DNA of 64,000 nt from Terriglobia bacterium. GTDB taxonomy: Bacteria; Acidobacteriota; Terriglobia; Bryobacterales; Bryobacteraceae. The translations under genes and the position numbers were made by a program. The DNA lies in NCBI GenBank assembly GCA_963825305.1, contig CAWGTA010000016.1, forward strand, positions 102,335 through 166,334, read 5' to 3'. This document shows positions 56,056 to 64,000 of the stretch, piece by piece (the first letter of the stretch is position 1; each line of letters opens with the position of its first letter). Under the pieces are notes generated by a model. That model ran no database searches. It was not told where the DNA came from and saw nothing but the letters and a program-made list of their open reading frames with translations.

Positions 56056-58696
56056 ATGCGGCTCATCACTGGACCCGCCGGATCGGGAAAAACCACTTTC
56101 ATTCTCGACGGCTTCCGTGAAGCTCTGCGCGCTCAGAACCACGCCGTGCGGCTGCTGGTGCCTACCGCCACCATGGCGCAGCACCTGGAAAACCAGATCG
56201 CACGCGAGGGTTTTGTCTACCGGCCGAACCTGATTCAGACGCTCTCGCGATTCGTCGACGAACGGGCCGCGGATTTTGTGCAAGCGCCGGAACCCGTGCT
56301 CTACCTGCTGGTGGAGGAGGCGGTGGCGCAGCGTCAATCGTCCGGAATTCCGGCGAGTGGCGCGGTTGCCCGGATTCTGCGCATCGCTGGCCCGCACCAT
56401 CGCCGAGTTTTCCTCCGCCGGATGCGACAGCGCCCGCCTGGCCGCCTGCCTTCCCGATGCGCCGCTGGCCGCCGCCTTTCTCGCGGTCTACGAAGAGGTG
56501 GACCGCATGCTGGACCGGCGAAGCCTGATGCTGCGCGCCAAGCGCCTGGAATGCGCCGCTGCCCGCATCCATACTGACGGCCTCGGCGGCATCCACACCG
56601 TCTGGCTAAATGGGTTTCATACGTTGCCGGACCCGGAACTGGCGGTGATCGAGGCCATCGCGCGCCATGCCGATATCACCATCGCGCTGGCTGAAGACGC
56701 CACGGAGGCGATGTGCGCAAGACTCGTCGCCATGGGATTTCGCGAAGAGCGCGCTACGAAGGTTCGGCCCTCCGCCGCTATCGCGAAGGTGCGCGCACCC
56801 AGCATCGAGCGGGAAGTGGAAGAGATCGCGCGCCGCATTCTCGTACATGCTGAGGCCCGTCCGTTTCGCGAGATGGGGATTGTCGTCCGGAGCGCTGAGA
56901 CGTACGTGCCGATGCTGCGCGCCACGCTGGAACAATTCGGAATTCCCGCGCGGTTCTATTTCGACACCGATGCCGAACAGCACGCCGTAACGCGCTTCTT
57001 GACGGGCGCGCTGGATGCCATGCTGGGCGGATGGGATCATGCCGCCACCTTGAAGGTTTTGCGCCTGGCCCCCCGCTTCGCGGACGATGCCATGCTCGAC
57101 CGCTTGGATTTCGCGGTTCGCGAGCAGACTCCCAACACCGGCCTGGGCGGTCTGAGAGCGCTCGCAGGGAATGCGGAAAGCCCGCTGGTCCGGCTCATCG
57201 ATTCTCTGCGGACACTGGAGGAATGGCGCTCGTTCGAACTGCGCCCTGCCGATTGGGCTCTGAGGTTCCGCACGCTCCGCAATCAGTTTCATCCGGCTCA
57301 CCCGCAAGGGGGCGAGGATCGCGCCTTGGCTCTGGAATGGCGGAGCCAGGCAGCCGCGCTCGATCTTCTGGATGAAGCCTTCGATGAAGCCGCGCAAGCT
57401 CTCGACCCCGAGCACCTGATAGGCATCGCGGAATACTGGCGGGCGGCGAAATCGGTGCTGCGCCTGAAACGTTTGCGGCTGGACGATGGCCGCCGCAACG
57501 TGGTTCACGTCTTGAGCGCTCACGAAGCACGGCAGTGGGTGCTTCCGGTTCTGTTTGTCTGTGGGATGGTGGAGAAACAATTCCCCCAGTTTCACCCCCA
57601 GGACCCGTTTTTTCCGGACGCGGCCCGCTGCGCGTTGAACGCTTCGGGTATCCGGGTGCGGACTGCGGCGGAGTTCGAACGGGAAGAGCGCGCCCTGTTC
57701 GAATCGGCGCTGGCACGCGCCACCATACTGGTCACGCTGTCGTATCCGGAGTTCGATCCGCGGGGCGATCGCCTTCTGCCGTCGCTGTTCCTGGAGGATA
57801 TTTTCGTACCGGTTGAGGACGCCCGCGCGGTCCGCCCGCAGGCCCGTCACGAATTGGGCATTCCGGTCGCCTCGGCAATCCGCACAACGGGTTTAATGGC
57901 CATCCTGAAGGAAAAAACCGCGCACGTGTCGCCGAGTGGATTGGAAAACTTTCTACAATGCCCGTTCCAGTATTTCGGCTCTCGCCTGCTGCGCCTCAAA
58001 ACTGCGCCTCCGCGACCGGAGGACCGGCTGGATTTCAGCTTGCAAGGCAACATCGTGCACGAAGTTCTGGCCGAATGGTACGCACATCCGCAGGAAATCG
58101 GGCCTCTCTTCCACAGCGTCTTCGAACGTTTCTTGGAGGAGAAGCACATCCCGAACGGCTATCATACTGAGCGCCTTCGCAACGCCATGCTGCAAGACCT
58201 GGAGCGATTCGCCGCTGACGAAACTTGGCCCCGGGAAGGCTTCACCTCGCAAGTGGAGCAGAAATTCGTGTTTCGGTTCGGCGACTCACTCGAGATCAAA
58301 GGTCGAATCGACCGCATCGACACCTTTCCCGATGGCTCCGCCCGCGTCATCGACTATAAGTACAGCGGCGCGCAGAGGGTGAAGGAACGAAAAGACGGCA
58401 GCGGGCTACAGGCCCCGCTGTACCTGATGGCGGCGGAAAAGTCCTTCGGCGTGCGGCCCGTGGAGATGTTTTTCGTAGGCTTGAAGGGCGGGATCGAGCG
58501 CGTAGGCTGGAACGAGCATGAGTTTCCGGCTGATTGGCGGACGGCCGGCGACCGCGTGCTTCAGATTGTGGAGCAGATCCGCAGCGGCCTGGTAGCGCCC
58601 TCTCCGGCCGACACAGGTAGCTGCCGCTTCTGCGACGTGCGCGACGTCTGCCGCATCGAAATCGCGAAGCCGGCGGCGATCGCGGGAGGCGCGTGA
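56056..58696 (+). pseudogene. addB: AddB-like helicase-nuclease subunit (PD-(D/E)XK nuclease with Cys4 motif), frame broken by an apparent 1-nt insertion
   Basis: The N-part 56056-56577 has Walker A GPAGSGKT. ORF 56276-58696 continues from ..NRPEFRRVARLPGFCASLARTIAEF. The break is near 56326-56335. The C-terminal nuclease has ..LQCPFQYF.., ..IDYKYSG.. and CRFCDVRDVC. Confidence 0.82.
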
Positions 58697-61600
58697 GCGA
58701 ACCGGTCTTCACCGCCGATCAACTCCGTGCCGTCGACGTCGCCGAGCGTCACCAGGATGCCTGTGTGGTCGCGGGGCCCGGTTCCGGGAAGACCACTGTT
58801 CTGGTGGAGTACTTCAAGCGCCTGGTGGCGGCGGGCGTGGATCCGCTGCGGATTCTGTCGATCACGTTTACCGAGAAGGCTGCCGCCAATATGCGCAAGA
58901 AGCTGGCGGAGACCTTTCACGACGATTCCAAGATCCGTGCCGGCCTGGAGCGCGCCTGGGTTTCGACGGTCCACGGTTTCTGCGCCCGGCTGCTGCGGGA
59001 GAATGCCGTGTTCGCCGGCATCGATCCGGAGTTTTATGTCGCCGACGAGCGGGAATCCTGGCGGCTGCAGCAGGAATCCATCGCCGCCGCCATGGCCGCG
59101 TTGTTCGAGGAGCGGCCCGCCACCGTGCGCGCCCTCATCCGCGGGCTGTCGTCATGGGAGTTTGAAGAGGCCGTGCTTTCGGCGTATGACGCCATGCGCG
59201 GCGCCGGCATGACCGTGGAGGACGTGGCCGCGCTTCCGCCGCCGGCGGGAACGACTCGTCAGGAAATAGCGGACACGCTGCGCGCCCTTCGGGCCGATCC
59301 GCTGGCGGCCTGGAGCCCAAAGCAGCGGCAGTACGTGCCCATCATTCTGGAGGAGGCCGGGCGAATCGTCACCGCGGACAGCCCGCTGGAAACGCTGCGC
59401 GCGATTGAGAATTTCACCAAGAACCTTCAACGGTGCAAGAGAAATACCACCGGCTACAACCTGGTGCAGCGGCTACAGGAACAGATTAAGGAACTGCCCT
59501 ACACGGCAATCACCGAGTTATACCAACACGAGCGTGCGCTGCTTCTCGATATCGTGCGGCGTTTCGACCGGACCTATCGCGAACGAAAGCGGGCCGCCGG
59601 AGCGCTCGATTTTTCTGACTTGGAAGAGTACGCCGTGCGCTTGCTGGAAGAGAACCCGGATACCCGCGGGCGCCTGCAGCACCAGTTCGATCATGTCCTG
59701 ATGGACGAGTTTCAGGACACCAACGGGCAACAGGCGACGCTGCTCGCACTCATTCGGCGTCCGGGCCGGTTCTACGCGGTGGGCGACATCAATCAATCCA
59801 TCTTCGGCTTCCGTCACGCCGAGCCGGAAGAATTCCAGAAATACCGCAACAGCGTGGAACAAAACGGGCGGCGGCTCGTCGAATTGCTTGCCAACTTCCG
59901 CAGCCGGCCGGAGATTCTGCGCGCGATTGAAACGATGGCGGCGGGAACCGCGGGCATCGAACCGCGTCCCCTGGTCGCCTGCCGTGTCTTTCCAGAAGAC
60001 CGGCGGGTCCCCGTGGAGGTGTTCAGCGTAACGGGTCCCCAAGTGGATGAAGCGCGCTGGGTAGCTGGCCGAATCCTGGAGTTGGTGGAGACCGGTGAAC
60101 CGCGATTTGCCTTCAAAGATGTCGCTGTACTGGTGCGCAACACGGAGGTGCTCAACGACTTTACGAAGGCGTTCGAAGAAGCCGGCGTTCCCTACGTGGT
60201 CAATGGGGGCAAAGGCTTTTACGAAGCGCGCGAGGTGAAGGATCTGATCCATCTTCTGCGCGTCATCGCCAACCCCCGGGACGAGATCAGCCTCGCCGCC
60301 GTACTCCGCTCTCCTTTGGTTCAGGTCTCCGACGAAGCCCTGCTGCGCCTGCGAACAAGGGATGACAATCTCGGCACATCGCTCACGCGGCTCGACTCGG
60401 CGGAATTCGATCCGGACGACTACCAAAAATTAACCCGCTTCCGTGACCGCCTGCATAGCTGGCGCATCCGTCGCGAATCCGTTTCATTCGACCGCCTGCT
60501 GCTGGCCGCGATCGACGATTGTGGGTACCAGTGCGATCGGGCAGCGCGCGGCTGGGCCAATATCGAAAAGTTGCTGGCGCAGTCTCGCCATGCCGCTGCG
60601 AGGATGTCACTCGATGAGTTTGTAGAAGAACTCGAACTGGTGCGGGCCTCGAACCCGCGGGAGCGGGACGCGCCACCGGAAGACGCCACCGATGCCGTGA
60701 ATGTGATGACGGTGCACTCGGCCAAGGGTCTGGAGTTTCCCATCGTCTTCGTGGCTGCCATTCACAAGGGAGTGGAGAGCGACCCGCCGGTGATTGCTTT
60801 TTCGCGCCAGTACGGCCTGGGCGCACGCTGGCGCAATCCAGCCGGCGGCAAGGAGAAAGAGAAGGACGACCTGTTCCAGCACGCCATCCGCGCCGAACGA
60901 AAGCAGAGAGAGGAAGAAGAGAGCCATCGCTTGTTGTACGTCGCCATGTCACGGGCCGAGCAGCACCTGGTGCTCAGTTTTTCGAATTCCGGCAGGAAGC
61001 CGGAGCATTGGGCGAAGTTGGTTTGTCAACAACTGCACTTAGATGTGGAACAGCCGCGCGACGAGATTCTGACTCAGCAAGCGCCGGATGGCCAGGAATG
61101 GAAGATGCGGCTGCTGGTGGCGCACCAGCCTCCGGAGTTATTGGTGCATCCAGGGATTGCGGAGACCGCCGTCATCGTCGAATTCGTCACTCCGCCGGCA
61201 GTCATCGACCAGCAGGATGCCAACGCTACCGTAACGGCCCTGGCCGCCTTCGCCAAGTGCCCGCGCCAGTATTACCTCGGCCATTACCTGGGTTTCGAAG
61301 GGCGTGCCCGAAAGCTCGAAGAGGCGGAAGATCTCTCCGCCGGTGATTTCGGCACCGAGGTCCATGCGCTCCTGGCGGGAACACCCGTGGTGAATCCCGA
61401 GCCAAAAGCGCTGGCCATGGCCGACGTGTTTCGCCAAAGCCCGCTGGGCCGGCGCGCGGCCAAAGCGTCCCGGTTGGAGCGCGAATTCGATTTTCTGATG
61501 GCAGTGGAAGGCCTGGTGCTCCGCGGACAAGTGGACTTGTGGTTCGAAGAGGGCGGCGAGTTGGTGATCGTGGACTACAAGACTGACGCGGTGAATGCCA

Positions 61601-61878
61601 TGGAAGCGCATCAACGGGCACAGGACTACGCGATCCAACTGCGGCTCTACGCCCTGGCAGTCGAGAAGATCGCTGGGCGCGCGCCCGACCATGCGTGGCT
61701 GCATTTCCTGCGGCCGGACACCGCCATCGAAATCGACCTGACACCGTCCCTGCTGGATTCGCCGGAACAGGTCGTGCGCGATCTGCAGCACGCGCAGGAC
61801 AAGCTGGAATTCCCGCTGAACGAGGGGCCGCACTGCCAGCGCTGCGCGTTTTTCCGGGGCATGTGCCCGGCTAACTAG
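58693..61878 (+). CDS. addA: AddA-like UvrD/Rep-family helicase with C-terminal RecB-type nuclease
   Basis: 1061 aa, GTG start overlapping the addB stop. Helicase motifs AGPGSGKT, ..DEFQDTN.. and ..TVHSAKGLEF.. are present. The nuclease has ..VDLWFEEGGELVIVDYKTD.. plus KCPRQYY and CQRCAFFRGMC. Confidence 0.9.
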   Translation: MSEPVFTADQLRAVDVAERHQDACVVAGPGSGKTTVLVEYFKRLVAAGVDPLRILSITFTEKAAANMRKKLAETFHDDSKIRAGLERAWVSTVHGFCARLLRENAVFAGIDPEFYVADERESWRLQQESIAAAMAALFEERPATVRALIRGLSSWEFEEAVLSAYDAMRGAGMTVEDVAALPPPAGTTRQEIADTLRALRADPLAAWSPKQRQYVPIILEEAGRIVTADSPLETLRAIENFTKNLQRCKRNTTGYNLVQRLQEQIKELPYTAITELYQHERALLLDIVRRFDRTYRERKRAAGALDFSDLEEYAVRLLEENPDTRGRLQHQFDHVLMDEFQDTNGQQATLLALIRRPGRFYAVGDINQSIFGFRHAEPEEFQKYRNSVEQNGRRLVELLANFRSRPEILRAIETMAAGTAGIEPRPLVACRVFPEDRRVPVEVFSVTGPQVDEARWVAGRILELVETGEPRFAFKDVAVLVRNTEVLNDFTKAFEEAGVPYVVNGGKGFYEAREVKDLIHLLRVIANPRDEISLAAVLRSPLVQVSDEALLRLRTRDDNLGTSLTRLDSAEFDPDDYQKLTRFRDRLHSWRIRRESVSFDRLLLAAIDDCGYQCDRAARGWANIEKLLAQSRHAAARMSLDEFVEELELVRASNPRERDAPPEDATDAVNVMTVHSAKGLEFPIVFVAAIHKGVESDPPVIAFSRQYGLGARWRNPAGGKEKEKDDLFQHAIRAERKQREEEESHRLLYVAMSRAEQHLVLSFSNSGRKPEHWAKLVCQQLHLDVEQPRDEILTQQAPDGQEWKMRLLVAHQPPELLVHPGIAETAVIVEFVTPPAVIDQQDANATVTALAAFAKCPRQYYLGHYLGFEGRARKLEEAEDLSAGDFGTEVHALLAGTPVVNPEPKALAMADVFRQSPLGRRAAKASRLEREFDFLMAVEGLVLRGQVDLWFEEGGELVIVDYKTDAVNAMEAHQRAQDYAIQLRLYALAVEKIAGRAPDHAWLHFLRPDTAIEIDLTPSLLDSPEQVVRDLQHAQDKLEFPLNEGPHCQRCAFFRGMCPAN

Positions 61879-61885
61879 CGTTTTT

Positions 61886-62845
61886 CTACAACCGGCGCGC
61901 CGGCCGCCGTTCGTTCGGGCGCACGTTCGCGTTGGGCTTCAGTTGAAACGCCGCCTCGGCTTGCGCCTCCGGAATGCTCAGCGAGATGTGCACAGTATTC
62001 CCGCTGCTGGTCACTACCAGGGACTTGAGAATCGCGGCCGCCTGGGGGTTCTGCTGTCCCTGCATCTGCCCCAGGTTAGCCAAGAACTGCAGCACGCCGG
62101 CCATCGCCGTGGCGTCGTCGGGCGTGGCCGTCTGCGCATCTGCCGTGATCACAATCTGCGCGCCGAATTTTACGCCGCCGCTGCCCTGCTGAATCTTCTG
62201 AAATGCCGCCAGCGGAATGCCCGTCGGGTTGGGTGCGTTGGCCGAAGTCGCTACGGCCGGTGGCGGAACTTCGGAAACGGCCCATGCATCCTCGGTGGAG
62301 CTCAATTGGTTCACCTGCACCAGAAGAGCTGCGTCGGGGGATGACGGCGTGCTCTGCCGGTCGAGGGCGCCCTTCACACTAGCGACATCGCCAGCCACCG
62401 CCATCGTGCCGTTGTTCAGGAAGGCGACTGCATTGGTGCCCTTGGGGTCGGTCAGGATGGTCACGCCGTCGTAGGTCTGGGGAGTGGCGCCGCCGGTTTG
62501 CGCCGCGGCCAGGAGCTTGACGGTATCGAACGATCCGCGCGCCAACACGAGGCCGGCTCCATGTGGTTGGCCGCCGTTCGATGCAATCAGCAACTCGTGC
62601 AGATCGCGCGTGGGATCGAACCCTGTTAAGGTCACGAGCTGCTGTATTTGTTGATTCTGAGCTTGCAGCTGAACGAGGACGTACTGACCGAACGGCGAGG
62701 TTTTGGCTTGGTCTACGTTGACGCCGGCCATCACTTTGGCATCCGGCATCACCAGGTTGAGCAATTGCGGATCGGCGGCGGGCAAGAGCCCTGCAAAAAT
62801 GATTGCCAGCGGCGCGGTATTTAGAATCGATGCCTTCATATTCAT
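61886..62845 (-). CDS. hypothetical secreted protein (319 aa)
   Basis: Signal peptide MNMKASILNTAPLAIIFAGLLPA, a Gln/Ala-rich mature part, and a basic C-terminus. I recognise no family. Confidence 0.6.
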   Translation of the reverse strand: MNMKASILNTAPLAIIFAGLLPAADPQLLNLVMPDAKVMAGVNVDQAKTSPFGQYVLVQLQAQNQQIQQLVTLTGFDPTRDLHELLIASNGGQPHGAGLVLARGSFDTVKLLAAAQTGGATPQTYDGVTILTDPKGTNAVAFLNNGTMAVAGDVASVKGALDRQSTPSSPDAALLVQVNQLSSTEDAWAVSEVPPPAVATSANAPNPTGIPLAAFQKIQQGSGGVKFGAQIVITADAQTATPDDATAMAGVLQFLANLGQMQGQQNPQAAAILKSLVVTSSGNTVHISLSIPEAQAEAAFQLKPNANVRPNERRPARRL

Positions 62846-62899
62846 GAGGACGACATCCTTCCCTTCTTATTAACGCGGGAGACTCCAGTATTGTTCCGG

Positions 62900-64000
62900 T
62901 TAGCGCGGAATGGGGATCTGGTCCACGATTTCAATGCCAAATCCTTCCAGTGCAACGATTTTACGTGGATGGTTGGTTAACAGCCGGATGGTATGCAGGC
63001 CCAGGTCGGAGAGGATCTGCGCCCCCAGGCCGTGTTCGTGCTGCAACTGCCGCTGCCCGTCGGCACCCTGGTAGTGCAGGAACTCGCGGCCGTGGGAGGT
63101 CAGCCGCTCGGTCCCGGCGGTATCGCGCTCCACCCGGAACCCCGGGCCGCTCTCGTGCAGGTACACCAGCACGCCCAGCCCTTCCTTGGCAATGGCTCGC
63201 ATCGATTCGCGCACCAACCGGCCGCAATCGCAGGCGGTGGACCCGAACACGTCACCATACATGCACCGCGAATGCATGCGCACCAGCACGCCTTCCTTGC
63301 CTTCGACTTCACCGCACACCAGCGCCACGTGATACTCGGGATTGAGGTCGCTCGAAAACGCCACGGTCCGGAACGCGCCCCACTCGGTCTCCACGCAGCC
63401 TTCCGCCACGCGGCGCACGAATTTTTCGTGTTTCATGCGGTAGCGGATAAGTTCGGCCACCGAAACCATCTTCAGATGGTGGCGTGCGCAAAATTCTTCC
63501 AGGTGGGGCACGCGCGCCATGGTGCCGTCTTCGTTCATGATTTCGCAGATGACGCCGGAAGGATTCAGTCCCGCCAGGCGCGCCATATCCACGGATGCTT
63601 CGGTCTGACCGGCGCGTACCAGCACGCCGCCCTCGCGGGCCCGCAGGGGGAACATGTGTCCCGGCCGGGCCAGATCGGTTGGCCGGCACGCCGGATCGAG
63701 AGCCGCCAGGATGGTGCGCGTCCGATCCGCCGCCGAAATCCCCGTGGTTACGCCGTCTCGCGCATCGATCGACTCACAAAACGCGGTGCCGAAGTTAGAG
63801 GTGTTCTGGGCGCTGATGAGCGGCAGGCGCAACTGATCGCAGCGCTCCGGAGTCAGAGCCAGGCAGATCAGGCCGCGCCCGTGGGTGGCCATGAAATTGA
63901 TGATCTCGGGCGTGACCTTCTCCGCCGCGATCGTCAGGTCGCCCTCGTTCTCCCGGTCCTCGTCGTCCACCACCACCACAATGCGCCCGGCGCGGATCTC
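62900..64000 (-). CDS. ribBA: bifunctional 3,4-dihydroxy-2-butanone-4-phosphate synthase / GTP cyclohydrolase II (partial; N-terminus beyond window end)
   Basis: The frame stays open to 64000 (..[22 protein letters not shown]..). The RibB domain is followed by the GCHII domain (..[20 protein letters not shown]..). Confidence 0.92.
   Translation of the reverse strand, partial: EIRAGRIVVVVDDEDRENEGDLTIAAEKVTPEIINFMATHGRGLICLALTPERCDQLRLPLISAQNTSNFGTAFCESIDARDGVTTGISAADRTRTILAALDPACRPTDLARPGHMFPLRAREGGVLVRAGQTEASVDMARLAGLNPSGVICEIMNEDGTMARVPHLEEFCARHHLKMVSVAELIRYRMKHEKFVRRVAEGCVETEWGAFRTVAFSSDLNPEYHVALVCGEVEGKEGVLVRMHSRCMYGDVFGSTACDCGRLVRESMRAIAKEGLGVLVYLHESGPGFRVERDTAGTERLTSHGREFLHYQGADGQRQLQHEHGLGAQILSDLGLHTIRLLTNHPRKIVALEGFGIEIVDQIPIPR

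Overview
GC-rich bacterial chromosomal segment. The gene content points to Acidobacteriota (Terriglobia-like): a PadR regulator paired with an ADOP-type duplicated FtsX permease, CarboxypepD_reg proteins, BlaI with an M56-peptidase/TonB fusion, and TadE/TadG-vWA genes. I support about 58 protein-coding loci, mostly housekeeping: tlyA-nadK, lysS, dnaG-rpoD, purQ-purL-purF, hutH, fabZ-lpxA-lpxI, pyrE-truA, addB-addA, ribBA and egtB-egtD. The rest are transporters, secreted peptidases (M13, M14, M20) and small regulators. I saw no rRNA, tRNA, CRISPR array, integrase or intact mobile element. I could not support a clearly novel multi-gene system. The signals most worth a second look are as follows. 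(1) Several families of short structured intergenic repeats, above all an 86-nt four-hairpin element with paired stem substitutions; it always sits in the same orientation after a stop codon, and one copy is translated in frame inside a signal peptide. (2) At least ten single-base frame disruptions in otherwise conserved genes, including two hidden inside ORFs that look intact (truA, and a Gfo/Idh/MocA gene beside lpxA). The pattern looks more like systematic indel error than gene decay. (3) Two eroded islets: a decayed toxin-antitoxin pair next to a cytochrome P460 remnant, and a transposase fragment. (4) Candidate operators and promoters: a leaderless blaI promoter with an embedded palindrome, a perfect 25-nt palindrome on the padR start codon, and a PurBox-like triplicated motif upstream of purQLF. 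(5) Gene-context oddities: an orphan TadE-TadE-TadG/vWA operon divergent from blaI, a bactofilin-methyltransferase operon, a PQQ dehydrogenase with a lanthanide-type DxD signature, and AddA and AddB that both carry a Cys4 motif. All coordinates come from reading the sequence and the ORF track. No database search was run.
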